Below are positions 12,839 through 26,860 of a stretch of 64,000 bases of DNA, piece after piece; positions within the stretch are counted from its first letter, which is position 1; every line of letters starts with the position of its first letter. The notes under the pieces were generated by a model. It made no database searches. It saw only the letters and a list, made by a program, of their open reading frames with translations, and was not told where the DNA came from. Made by a program: the position numbers and the translations under genes. The stretch comes from the human T2T-CHM13v2.0 reference genome, Homo sapiens. The stretch lies in contig CP086569.2 of NCBI GenBank assembly GCA_009914755.4, forward strand, positions 576,001 through 640,000, read 5' to 3'.

Positions 12839-14395
12839 ATTAAACTTCTCTTAACCTTATATTTTCTTGTCACCCGCAGAGTGCCACCTGTCCAGGCATC
12901 GTGCTGGCACAGAACGGCCAATGGGCATGGAATTCCCAGCACTGTTTGTCTGATGCATTAGATGACATAAAGATGGTGTCCTAAGGTTCCACACAAACCT
13001 CTTCGCCCACCACTCGGATGATCTGAAAAGCACAAACATAGTTTGTGTCTCGTTGGGGTGTCTACAAACTGTTTTTTGGAACCATGGTCCTTCTCTGCAC
13101 AGGACTCACTTAGCCAAATGCAACTCTTCTCCTGACCTCCTAATTAATAAGATGAAGGCATTCGATCTGTGCGTCTGCAGCCCCGAGACCCCTTCTGCAT
13201 ATTAAAACCCACCTCGCCGGGCAGGCAGAACACTTGTTTGTGTGTATGGGAGCCCCCAGCAGCCCTTGGTCTATACTAGGCAAATAACAAAGAGGAGGAA
13301 AAAAAAAAACTTAACAAATTACAGCTGAAACAAATCACCATTGCCCCGTTTTCAAATTATTATATTTCTGGGGAATTTCAGCCCGTTACATGAAAAGGAA
13401 GACAGCCGATCCAGAGGGCTTTTGATCGTCAGGTTATGTTAATAACCGGCGCTCATGTAAAATGCATAAGATGTACCTTACTGTGGAAGAGGATGGCTGA
13501 TAATTACTCCGTATGCACAGAGGGTACCTCATTCCAAACGGATGCATAAAGACCCCCTTTTACATGGCAGCCTAATTACTTATAGACAGTTGAGCAGAAA
13601 ATTACTTTCATCTGCTTCAACATGTGGCAGCAAAGAGATTTGAGCTGTACTTTTCAAAACAGCTGGCTGGCATACTGCAAGAGAAGGCCGGTGTTGTGTG
13701 GGACTGATTGCAAAGTGCATTTTCTGATAATTAGATCTATTAGAGAGAGGCAAGGACCAGCCTGCATTGGAAGCGGAAAAAAAAAATTAACTGCAATGAA
13801 CAGCAAGCAGGCAGTTCCTAGATGCTCCCAAAAGCCTGAACGGGGGCTGGGACGGTCACAGAGCGGCCCGGCCCCCATGAGCTCAATCTCTGATCACAGC
13901 AGGGTCCCCAGAGAGAGTGGGGGGGCCCTCCTGATGGCATGGCCAGGACCCCCGAGGCCGCCACCGGAGACTCTGCCTTTGATCTCGCCCTGGTCTGCTC
14001 ACTCTGCGTGAGGACGACTCTGCCATCCTAATGATGGTTTTGCATCTGCCTGAGGTTTTGCTTTGCAGGGCTGCGGAAAGTGTCTAGCACGGCCAGCACC
14101 GGCCAGAGATACGGGGACCTGGGGGATGAGAATCCGCAGGTGCAGGTGGAGAAGAAACTTCTTTCTTGGAGGCTGCGGCGGCTCGTGGGGGAGCTGCCCC
14201 GGGTGGGAAGCATTTTGGGGCATCTACAGAGTATCTTGGGGAGGGGAATAAGACCTGCAGATTCTTCCTACATAGCTTATTTTGGTGTAGATAAAACGAG
14301 TGTTGTGGGACACTGTTTTCACAGCCTGGCGTTAGCTTCTGGTCTTCGGGATCTTCAAGAGAGGCTTTTAATTTTCTTTTTCTATTTATTTTTAA

Positions 14396-15300
<905 letters not shown>

Positions 15301-16214
15301 TTAACGTTTTAACTGACAACTGAAAGTTGTACATATTTAGGTTGTGTGCCATGAGGTTTTGACACTGTAGAATTCGTGGCATTAAGCTGATTAGCCAATG
15401 CCCTATCTCTGAGACTTACTATTGATTTGTGGTGAGAAAGAGTAACATCAACTCAGCCATTTTTAAGTCAACAATACGTATATTATTATCAACAATGTTA
15501 TCTTGTTGCACTGTAAATGGATACAATGTTACCAGTCACCATGCCATATATTGGAGCTCTTGAACTTTTTCCTCCTGACAAATTGACGCTCTGTGTCCTT
15601 CAACCAACATTTCCGCAACCCCCAATTAGAAGGGAAGGCCTTCAAACAGGTCTCTGCCACCAGCTTTTAACACCATTTGAATGTCATACCAACCCCCTCC
15701 TTGGCCCCTGAGTCCCTTCCGACGTCCCACACAGAGCCCCTCCTCCAGCCACTCACATCCTTGTGGACATCTGGTTGCTGGACTTCAGCCCCGGCCCTTG
15801 CTCAGTAATTCCTACAACACCCGTCCGTGACACCTGGGCTAAGACCTGAGACCAACCTTGTCCAAAAGACCCCGAAAATTCCTGACTCTTTGAGACCTTC
15901 TCCTCTCCTCCTGCCCCCATCTCCTCATCCCCACTCTCCCTCCCTGGAGTTTCTGCTGCTCTGAGCACCTCAAACTCACCCTCACCCCCAGGTCCTGGTG
16001 ATGTCCAAGCCGACTGCTGGGATGATGCAGTTCCCACAGACCTCCCCTGGCCACCCACCAGCATTCCAGCCTTTGCTTGGAGACTCCTCCTTCACCTTTC
16101 TCAAGAGGCAGTTCCCTTGGGGGTTTTCTCCATGGCACTTGATCACACAACTTCAGTTTCTGAAGGTCTTGATTTGTGGACGTGCCCCCCATGGCCCTGT
16201 TCGTGGCATTCAAT

Positions 16215-18570
16215 GAGTATCAGGGGATTGTGGCGTTCGGTGTGTATCAGTGTGTAGTGGCATTGATGGTATATCCGTGCGTTGAGGCATTTAGAGTGTA
16301 TTGAGTGTGTACAAGTGTATCATGGTATTGATTGCATATAAGTGCATTGTGGGATTGAGTGTGTATCAGTTCATTATGAGATTGAGTGTGTATCAGTGCA
16401 TTGTGGGATTGAGTGTGTATCAGTGCATTGTGGGATTGAGTGCATTGTGGGATTAAGTGCGTATGAGTGCATTGTGGGATTGACTATATATCAGTGCATT
16501 GTGGGATTGAGTGTGTATCAGCGCATTATGGGATTGAGTGTGTATCAGTGCATTGTGGCATTGAGTGCATATGAGTGCATTGTGGGATTGAGTGTGTATG
16601 AGTGCATTGTGGGATTGAGTGTGTATCAGTGCATTGTGGGATTGCATGTGTATCAGTGCATTCTGGGATTGAGGGCATATGAGTGCATTGTGGGATGGTG
16701 TATCAGTGCATTGTGGGATTGAGTGTGTATCAGTGCATTGTGGGATTGAGTGCATTGTGGGATTGAGTGCGTATGAGTGCATTGTGGGATTGACTATATA
16801 TCAGTGCATTGTGGGATTGAGTGTGTATCAGTGCATTATGGGATTGAGTGCATATGAGTGCATTGTGGGATTGAGTGTGTATCAGTGCATTGTGCGATTG
16901 AGTGCGTATCAGTGCATTGTGGCATTGAGTGCATATGAGTGCATTGTGGGATTGAGTGTCTATCAGTGCATTATGTGATTGAGTATATATCAGTGCATTG
17001 TGGGATTGAGTGTCTTTCAGTGCATTGTGGGATTGAGTGCATGTGAGTGCATTGTGGGATTGAGTGTGTATTAGTGCATTGTGGGATTGAGTGCATATGA
17101 GTGCATTGTGGGATTGAGTGTCTATCAGTGCATTATGTGATTGAGTATATATCAGTGCATTGTGGGATTGAGTGTCTTTCAGTGCATTGTGGGATTGAGT
17201 GCATGTGAGTGCATTGTGGGATTGAGTGTGTATTAGTGCATTGTGGGATTGAGTGCATATGAGTGCATTGTGGGATTGAGTGTGTTTGAGTGCATTGTGG
17301 GATTGAGTGTGTATCAGTGCATTATGGGATTGAGTGCATATGAGTGCATTGTGGGATTGAGTGTGTATCAGTGCATTATGTGATTGAGTGCGTATCAGTG
17401 CATTGTGGCATTGAGTGCATATGAGTGCATTGTGGGATTGAGTGTCTGTCAGTGCATTATGTGATTGAGTATATATCAGTGCATTGTGGGATTGAGTGTC
17501 TTTCAGTGCATTGTGGGATTGAGTGCATATGAGTGCATTGTGGGATTGTGTATCAGTGCATTGTGGGATTGAGTGCATATCAGTGCATTGTGGCATTCAG
17601 CGTGTATCAGCGCATTGTGGCACTTAGTGTATATTGAGTGTGTACAAGTGCCTTGTGGCATTGAGTGCATATGAATGCCTAGAAGCATTAAGTGCATATC
17701 AGTGCCTTGTGGCATTTAATGTATATCAGTGCATTGTGGCATTTAATATATATTGGTGCATTGTAGCATTGAGTGCATTGTGGCATTGAGTGTGTATTGA
17801 GTGTGTACAAATGCATTGTGGCATTGAGTGCATATGAGAGCATCATGGAATTCAGTGCACATTAGTAAATCATAGCATTTAATCTATGTCACTGAATTGT
17901 GGCATTGAGTGCATACAAGTACATTGTGGCATTGAGTGTGTATCAGAGAATCATGGCATTTGATGTATATCAGGGCATTGTGGCATTGAGCGCCTATGAG
18001 TGCATTGCAGCGTTGACTGCCTATCAGTGCATGGTGGCATTCAGCACGTATCAGTGCATCGTAATGTTGAGTGCGTATCAGTGCATTGTGGCATTGAGTG
18101 TGTATCAGTGCATTGTGGCATTCAGCATGTATCAGTGCATCATAATATTGAGTGCATATCAGTGCATTGTGGCACTTAGTGTGTATTGAGTGTGTACAAG
18201 TGCACGGTGGCATTGAGTGCGTATCAGTGCATTGTGGAATTCAGTGCATATCAGTGAATTGTGGCATTTAATCTATATCAGTGAATTGTGGCATTGAGTG
18301 CATATGAGTGCATTGTGGCATAGAGTGTGTATCAGTGCATTGTGACATTCAGCATGTATCAGTGCATTGAAACGTTGAGTGCATATCAGTGCATTGTGGC
18401 ATTGAGGGTGTATCAGTGCATTGTGGCATTGAGTGCATATGAGTGCACTGTGGAATTCAGTGCATATCAGTGAATTGTAGCATTTAATGTATATCAATGC
18501 ATTGTGGCATTGTGTGCATTGTGGCATTGAGAGTGTATCAGTGCCTCTCGGTATTGCGTGTGTATTCGTG
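16215..18570. repeat. 27-bp minisatellite of about 87 copies, unit cagtgcattgtgggattgagtgtgtat, with two subfamilies and higher-order structure
   Basis: The period of 27 is 9 codons, which produces the HNALIHTQS and CIVGLSVYQ repeat ORFs. The gtgggattgag variant runs from about 16340 to 17590. The gtggcattgag variant runs from about 17590 to 18560. Blocks of about 162 bp and about 330 bp recur, for example 16385/16715 and 16955/17110/17440. Confidence 0.95.
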
Positions 18571-18829
18571 AACAGGTGCTTCACCTGCTCCTCTCATGGT
18601 CAGCCCAGGAATCTCATATTTACTGTCCAGAGTCACGAAGGACCCTCCCCAGAGAGACTTCCCATTGAGAGACCCCTCCCCACTGAGTCAGACCCCTCGT
18701 CCCTCTCAAAGGCCACCTCTGAGACTGTCACACTTTGTCATGGGAATCCGGGGGCCCCTGGCATACTCTGTCCATGTTTGCCCAGCAAACACCATAGCGT
18801 AATAAAGGCAGAAGGAGATTCAGGGGCAC

Positions 18830-19150
18830 GATGGGCTTACGGGAGGCCACCAGCCACGGGGAATCTGGCATTCATAAGGAGCATGCAGTGAAATCTAGAT
18901 CCCTCACATGCACGGTTCACAGTAGGGTTTGTGCTCCTATGAGCATCAAATGCGTCTGCTGCTGATCTAACAGGAGGTGGGGCTCAAGCCGTAATGGGAG
19001 AGATGGGGAGTGGCTGTGAACACAGATGAAGTTTTGCTTGCTTGCCCACCGCTCACCTCTTGCTGTGGGACCTGGTTCCTTAGAAGCCACTGACTAGCAC
19101 CAGCAGCTGCAGTGTGTGGAGGCCTCCAGGAGCCAAACCCAGGATTTTTC
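18830..19150. mobile_element. Fragment of a non-autonomous palindromic DNA transposon. It resembles a MER30-like hAT element, but the family name is uncertain.
   Basis: ...cataaggagcatgcagtgaaatctagatccctcacatgcacggttcacagtagggtttgtgctcctatgagcatcaaatgcgtctgctgctgatctaacaggaggtggggctcaagccgtaatggg... It is paralogous to 26560-26860. Confidence 0.5.
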
Positions 19151-19865
19151 CCATGGAATTGGACTCCATTCCAAACATGCATCCCGGGGCCACTCTGCTG
19201 ACTGGGTCGCCTTCCTGTGTGGCTTGAAGTAAATGCAAGATTCGCTGTCCTGAAGCAAATGAATCTGAAGTTCAAGTCAGAGCAGACGTGGAGGGACGGG
19301 TGGCCGATCTGTCTACACGTTAGGCATTCTTCGTCACTACCAGGGGCACCATTGACTGCTCTTGATTTAATCCGTGTAACAGACTGGAGAAGCCCATTAT
19401 CCAAGAGTCAAGGTACAATCAATATATTTTGCAAAATAAAGAGTCTATTGGGTGCACACTAATAAAGAAAAAGAAAGCAAACCCTGTAGGTTTAATTTAG
19501 AGCTCACCCCCACCTCTTCCCACCTCAGCCCTGAAGTCGCCAAGACTCGTCATAAAACCGTTTCCTTGTTAATCCTCGCCGAGGTGTTTTTCTGTGCCCA
19601 GAGCCTGGCTTGGGAAATGAATGACGGGGTGATGGTTAGAAAACCAGGACACAATGTGGGGGCCACAGAAACATATATGGGGATGCCTAAGGCACTTGGA
19701 GGTGATGGCTGAGGGCTCCACGCCTGGGGTACGTGGTAGGGAGGAAGATTGGATTAAGTGAAATGCTGTTGACTTAATCCCAATGGGTTTTAACAAGAAA
19801 TCAAACCCAGAGGTGTCTGTTCTCAGGGAAGAGCTGCAGGAAGGGGGAAGATGGAACGTTGTACC

Positions 19866-20507
<642 letters not shown>

Positions 20508-20619
20508 AAAAAAGAATGCTGCACCCGGAAGAAGCACATTGCAGCCATCCCTGACAATTGCTTGGATGCTACAATGGTGAATTTTATAAGTCAGTCTGAT
20601 CAGGTCTTGCAATGAACAC

Positions 20620-23560
20620 GTTAAACATGATTTCTGGATGTATCTGTGAGGATGTTTCTAGAGGAGACTAGCATTTGAGTTCATGGGCTCACGAAAAGAA
20701 ACATCATCCGCTTTAAAACTGGTAAGGATAGGCCTTCTGTTGAGGGTGTGCAACAGGATTTGCTCCATTTCTCCTGCAACACTACTTGAGCTGGGACATC
20801 TCATTCCATCATCTGTCTTCAGACTGGCTCTTACAGCCTCGGTTCTTCTGGGTCTCAGGCCTTCAGCTAAGTTAGGGTCTTCACGCTATCAACTCTACTG
20901 CATTTCAGACCTTCAAACTCAGACTAGAACTCCCACCCTCAGCTCTCCTGGGTCTCTGGACTTCAGACTCACACTGGAACTCACACCCTCAGCTCTCCTG
21001 GGTCTCAGGACTTCACACTCAGACTAGAACCCACACCCTCAGCTCTCCTGGGTCTCTGGACTTCAGACTCACACTGGAACTCACACCCTCAGTTCTCCTA
21101 GGTCTCAGACCTTCAGACTCAGACTAGAACTCACACCCTCGGCTCTCCTGGGCCTCAGGCATTCAGACTCAGACTAGAACTCACACTCTCAGCTCTTCCA
21201 GGTCTCGGGCCTTCAGACTCACACGGGAACTCACACCGTCAGTTCTCCTAGGTCTCAGACCTTCACACTCAGACTGGAACTAGGGACCCTTGGCTCTCCT
21301 GGGTCTCAGACCTTCAGACTCAGACTAGAACTCACACCCTCGGCTCTCCTGGGTCTCAGGCCTTCAGACTCAGACTGAAACTCACACCCTTAGCTCTCCT
21401 GGGTCTCAGGACTTCTGACTCACACTGGAACTCACACCCTCAGCTCTCCTAGGTCTCAGATCTTCAGACTCAGACTGGAACTCACACCCTCAGCTCTCCT
21501 GGGTCTCAGGACTTCAGACTCTGTCTGAAACTAGGGACCCTTGGCTCTCCTGGGTCTCAGGACTTCAGACTCAGACTGGAACTCACACCCTCAGCTCTCC
21601 TGGATCTCAGGCCTTCAGACTCAGACCGGAACTCACACCCTCAGCTCTCCTGGGTCTCAGGACTTCTGACTCACACTGGAACTCACACCCTCAGTTCTCC
21701 TAGGTCTCAGACCTTCAGACTCAGACTAGAACTCACACCCTCAGCTCTCCTAGGTCTCAGACCTTCAGACTCAGACTAGAACTCACACCCTCGGCTCTCC
21801 TGGGTCTCAGGCCTTCAGACTCAGACTGAAACTCACACCCTTAGCTCTCCTGGGTCTCAGGACTTCTGACTCACACTGGAACTCACACCCTCAGTTCTCC
21901 TACGTCTCAGACCTTCAGACTCAGACTAGAACTCACACCCTCGGCTCTCCTGGGTCTCAGGCATTCAGACTCAGACTAGAACTCACACTCTCAGCTCTTC
22001 CAGGTCTCGGGCCTTCAGACTCACACGAAAACTCACACCGTCAGTTCTCCTAGGTCTCAGGACTTCACACTCAGACTAGAACTCACACCCTCAGCTCTCC
22101 TGGATCTCAGGACTTCACACTCAGACTGGAACTCACACCCTCAGCTCTCCTGGGTCTCAGGACTTCAGACTCAGTCTGAAACTAGGGACCCTTGGCTTTC
22201 CTGGGTCTCAGGACTTCAGACTCATACTGGAACTCACACCCTCAGCTCTCCTGGGTCTCAGGACTTCTGACTCACACTGGAACTCACACCCTCAGTTCTC
22301 CTACGTCTCAGACCTTCAGACTCAGACTAGAACTCACACCCTCAGCTCTCCTGGGTCTCAGGCCTTCAGACTCAGACTGAAACTCACACCCTCAGCTCTC
22401 CTGGGTCTCAGGACTTCTGACTTACACTGGAACTCACACCCTCAGCTCTCCTGGGTCTCTGGACTTCAGACTCACACTGGAACTCACACCCTCAGCTCTC
22501 CTGGGTCTCAGGACTTCACACTCAGACTAGAACTCACACCCTCAGCTCTCCTGGATCTCAGGACTTCACACTCAGACTGGAACTCACACCCTCAGCTCTC
22601 CTGGGTCTCAGGACTTCAGACTCAGTCTGAAACTAGGGACCCTTGGCTTTCCTGGGTCTCAGGACTTCAGACTCATACTGGAACTCACACCCTCAGCTCT
22701 CCTGGATCTCAGGCCTTCAGACTCAGACCGGAACTCACACCCTCAGCTCTCCTGGGTCTCAGGACTTCTGACTCACACTGGAACTCACACCCTCAGTTCT
22801 CCTAGGTCTCAGACCTTCAGACTCAGACTAGAACTCACACCCTCAGCTCTCCTGGGTCTCTGGACTTCAGACTCACACTGGAACTCACACCCTCAGCTCT
22901 CCTGGGTCTCTGGACTTCAGACTCACACTGGAACTCACACCCTCAGCTCTCCTGGGTCTCAGGACTTCACACTCAGACTAGAACTCACACCCTCAGCTCT
23001 CCTGGATCTCAGGACTTCACACTCAGACTGGAACTCACACCCTCAGCTCTCCTGGGTCTCAGGACTTCAGACTCAGTCTGAAACTAGGGACCCTTGGCTT
23101 TCCTGGGTCTCAGGACTTCAGACTCATACTGGAACTCACACCCTCAGCTCTCCTGGATCTCAGGCCTTCAGACTCAGACCGGAACTCACACCCTCAGTTC
23201 TCCTACGTCTCAGACCTTCAGACTCAGACTAGAACTCACACCCTCAGCTCTCCTGGGTCTCAGGACTTCTGACTCACACTGGAACTCACACCCTCAGTTC
23301 TCCTAGGTCTCAGACCTTCAGACTCAGACTAGAACTCACACCCTCAGCTCTCCTAAGTCTCAGACCTTCAGACTCAGACTAGAACTCACACCCTCGTCTC
23401 TCCTGGGTCTCAGGACTTCACACTCAGACTGGAACTCACAACCTCCGCTCTCCTGGGTCTCAGGCCTTCAGACTCAGACTGGAACTAGGGACCCTTGGCT
23501 CTCCTGGATCTCTGTCTTTCTAGCAGTAGATTAAGGAACTTCTCAGCTTCCATATTTAAC
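20620..23560 (+). mobile_element. ERVL-MaLR MST-type solo LTR whose internal tandem-repeat region has expanded massively
   Basis: The 5' part gtttctagaggagactagcatttgagttcatgg...gagctgggacatctcattcc... and the 3' end ...cttctcagcttccatatttaactgacctattttctcataataaatctagc match the MST LTR as I remember it. MST LTRs have a short internal motif of about 50 bp, ggctctcctggttctcaggccttcggactcggactggaactacaccatc. Confidence 0.6.
20860..23500. repeat. 50-bp minisatellite of about 53 copies with a 9-unit higher-order repeat of about 451 bp. It is derived from the MST LTR internal repeat.
   Basis: The unit is agctctcctgggtctcaggacttcagactcagactggaactcacaccctc. The marker unit ctgaaactagggacccttggct recurs at about 21525, 22170, 22625, 23075 and 23480. 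Identical ORFs sit at 22192 and 23094, which are 902 bp apart. Confidence 0.9.
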
Positions 23561-23569
23561 TGACCTATT

Positions 23570-23603
23570 TTCTCATAATAAATCTAGCATCTATCTATCT
23601 ATC

Positions 23604-23638
<35 letters not shown>

Positions 23639-23800
23639 ATCATCTATTATATTATATTATCTACCTATCTGTTTATTATCTGTTTATCATTTGTTATTAT
23701 CCCTACTATCATCTGAAAATCATGTTTTTATCATATATCTATTTATTATTCATCTACTTATCCCCTGTCTCTGTAGCTTCTACATAGCTATCTATCATTT
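23570..23800. repeat. (TATC)n compound microsatellite decaying into AT-rich sequence
   Basis: atctatctatctatcatctatctatctatc... lies directly next to the LTR 3' end. Confidence 0.9.
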
Positions 23801-23825
23801 ATCTATCTCTTCTCTGTTTTTTTTT

Positions 23826-24115
23826 TTTTCTGTTTTTAGATAGAGTTTCACTCTTGTTGTCCAGGCTAGAGAGCAATGGCGTGATCTTGGCTCATTACAA
23901 CTCTGCCTCCCAGGTGCAAATGATTCTCCTGCCTCAGCCTCCCGAGTAGCTGGGGTTACAGGCATCTGCCACCATGCCCAGCTAATGTTTTGTATTTTTA
24001 GTAGAGACAGGGTTTCACCATGTTGGCCAGGCTGGTCTCGAACTCCTGACCTCGTGATCCACCCGCCTCATCCTCCCAAAGTGCTGGGAATACAGGCGTG
24101 AGCCACCATGCTTGG
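23826..24115 (-). mobile_element. Alu SINE
   Basis: tttttttttctgtttttagatagagtttcactcttgttgtccaggctagagagcaatggcgtgatc ... gtgagccaccatgcttggcc. Confidence 0.9.
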
Positions 24116-25739
24116 CCTATCTTTCCCCTGTTGAATCTGTTTCTCTGGAATGCTTGAGGAATATAGACATCTCTACTTTGTCATGGTTTCATTCACTCAT
24201 TACAATGTCACCTCACTATATACCTGGTGCTTAAGAAAGGTCCGATAGACAATGTTGGGTAATGGGATGTATTTCTTGCTGATAACAGAATACCTGAAAC
24301 TGAGTAAATGATAAGAAATCAAATTTATTCTTACAGTTCTGGAGGCTCAATAATTCTAGGTCAAGGGGCGGCATCTGGTGAGGGCCTCCTTGCTATTGGG
24401 GACTCACTGCTGAGTCCCAAGGTGACACAGGTATCACATGGTGATGGGGCCGAGAGTGCTAACTCAGGTCTCTCTTCCACTTCTTATAAAGCCACTAGTC
24501 CCACTCCCTTGATAAACCATTAATCCATTAATTTATGATTGGATTAATCCATCTCTAAGAGCAGAGCCTTCACGGCCCAATCACCTCTTAAATAACTCAC
24601 CTCTCAATGCTGCCATGTAGGGGATAAAGTCTCCCCAGGAGTTTTGGAGGGAACAAATATTCACACCTTAGCATGGGGCTTGGATGACCTCCTAGTGTCC
24701 TCACTGTGGTGGTCTCCGGGCATGCATCTCTGTTCATGGCTCAGCCATCCACATGGTCCCAGAAGAGCCACCACAATCTACGTGGATGAAGTTCAGGGTT
24801 TTCAGACTCAAGATTTCTGGGATCCATCAACTGATGGCAGATGTCCTCAGCAAACACCACCAGAGTTACTTGAATCAACAACACCTCAAGTTGCTCGAAA
24901 CTCGGACAAATTTGGAACCAAGCGTATCACCATTGGAGAGAAGAGACCCATCGCTTTTTTCTTTGGGAGTGTTCGTGGAGGTGGATGGATAAGAGTGTAA
25001 GGAAGGTTGAGAGGTTAGTAGAGACAAGCTTTCACCATGTTGGCCAGGCTGGTCTCTAACTCCTGACCTCGTGATCCACCCTCCTCATCCTCATCCAGAG
25101 CAAGACTGGCTATTTCCCATTCTTAAATTGAGTAAAACTATCAGCCCTTTGCAAAACAGAACTCAAGGGGTGAGGGGTACTGTCTTCTGCATCGTCCACC
25201 TCCATTGCTGGTGGCAGTTATCCCCTGAAACCACCTTCGCCTGGAGCCATCCCAGCTTCTGCCCACATGATGGTTCCCCTTTCCTCATCTTCCTTTTTCC
25301 TCCTCCCACTTGTCCCACTTGTATCTTGAGGTTTTGCTGTACTACAAACAGAATCTGATAAAATAATCTTGACTAAGCCAATGAGTAAAAAAACCCTTGA
25401 GTATAGTCTTCCTCGCTCTTCCTGATTTGGACAAGAAGCTTGCAAATATGCTGGTATCTTCAGAAGAATGACTGCTATGGGGTTATGGGTGAGAAGTCAG
25501 TTTTCTCCTCTGGTTTTTCATGGGTATTTTAAAATTACAGCCAGGGGTAGCAGCAGTTCTCCCTCCCTAGCAGCTATGAGTCTATGGAAGGGTTTGTGTC
25601 CATGCTTTCTGAAATAATTACCAGAGCTAACCACATTCTATGTTTGGCTGTTTTTTCTTCTCCAAATGCATCTGGAGACCCACTTGGCAGCAGGAAGGTT
25701 GCTGGGTGCTCAGAGCATCTTACTCCAGGGAAGATTGGT

Positions 25740-25832
25740 GATAGGATAGATAGACAGACAGACAGATAGAAAAATCAATAGATAGATATCTAGATAGATA
25801 GATGACGGATAGATAGGCAGGCAGAGATAGAT

Positions 25833-25883
<51 letters not shown>

Positions 25884-25924
25884 GATAGATAATAGACACA
25901 TAGATGATAGACAGATAGATAGAT

Positions 25925-25959
<35 letters not shown>

Positions 25960-25960
25960 G
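25740..25960. repeat. (GATA)n compound microsatellite
   Basis: gatagatagacagacagacagatag...gatagatagatagatagatagatagatgatagataatagacac... Confidence 0.9.
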
Positions 25961-25984
25961 TAATGTGTTTGAATCATCCCAAAG

Positions 25985-26060
25985 TCACCTCCCCAACCCC
26001 CATTTCATGGAAAACTAGTCTTCCAGGAAACTGGTCCCTGGTACCAAAAAGGTTGGGGGG
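25985..26060. mobile_element. Terminal piece of the palindromic DNA transposon, same family as 26290-26860
   Basis: ...catggaaaactagtcttccaggaaactggtccctggtaccaaaaaggttggggggccgctg. Its reverse complement matches the cagcggtccccaacctttttggcaccagggacc... terminal inverted repeat. Confidence 0.5.
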
Positions 26061-26289
26061 CCGCTGATATAGGGGTATTTGTGTCCTTATGAGAAGGGGA
26101 AGAGACCCCAGAACTCTCTCTGTCTCTCTCTCTCTTTCTCTCTCTGTCTCCACTGTGTGAGGACACAGCAAGAAGGCAGCCGTTTGCAGACCAGAAAGAG
26201 AGCCCTCACCAGACACTGAGTCTGCCCTGTCCACACCTTGATCTCAGACTTCCAGCCTCCAGAACCACGAGAAAATAAATGTCTGCTGT

Positions 26290-26860
26290 TTAACCCAGCG
26301 GTCCCCAGCCTTTTTGGCACCAAGGACCACTTTCACGGAAGACAATTGTTCCACGAACTGGGGAGGGGGTCTGGTTTGGGGATGATTCACGTGCATTACA
26401 TTGATTGTGTACTTTATTTCTATTATCATTGCATTGTAATATATAATGAAATAATTATCCATCTCAGCATAATGTAGCATCGGTGGGTGCCCTGAGCTTG
26501 TTTACCTGCAACTAGATTGTCCCCTGTGGGGGTGATGGGAGACACAGTAGAGCATCAGGTATTGATTCTCATCAGGAGCATGCAGTGAAATCTAGATCCC
26601 TCACATGCACGGTTCACAGTAGGGTTTGTGCTCCTATGAGCATCAAATGCCTCTGCTGCTGATCTGACAGGAGGTGGGGCTCAAGCTGTAATGGGAGAGA
26701 TGGGGAGTGGCTGGGAACACAGATGAAGCTTTGCTTGCTTGTCCACTGCTCACCTCCTGCTGTGGCACCTGGTTCTTCAGAAGCCACTGACTAGTAGCAA
26801 TCTGTGGCGCAAGGGTTGGGAGACCCTGGTTTAACCCACCCAGTCTGTAGTCCCCTGTCA
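26290..26860. mobile_element. Non-autonomous palindromic DNA transposon, MER30-like hAT, family uncertain
   Basis: cagcggtccccagcctttttggcaccaaggaccactttcacggaagacaattgttccacgaactgggga ... gagcatgcagtgaaatctagatccctcacatgcacggttcacagtagggtttgtgctcctatgagcatcaaatgcc ... ccactgactagtagcaatctgtggcgcaagggttgggagaccctgg. Confidence 0.55.

Noticed and set aside
13800-14300. Possible internal exon with acceptor ttttgctttgcag and donor CAGgtgcag, overlapping ORF 14080..14442
   Set aside because: This rests on splice-like motifs only. The encoded peptide is unrecognisable and there is no supporting evidence. I mention it under the conserved-element finding but do not call it a feature.
16342-18584. 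ORFs such as 16730..17596 minus strand (288 aa, QSHNALIHT repeats) as a repeat-domain protein
   Set aside because: They are a product of the 27-bp (9-codon) minisatellite. The same stretch is open on the other strand too.
24150-25750. Unique stretch with several mid-size ORFs (24644..25000 and 24753..24992) as a possible gene
   Set aside because: The ORFs are short and overlap in different frames. Codon usage is unremarkable. There is no splice or promoter context and no recognisable domain.
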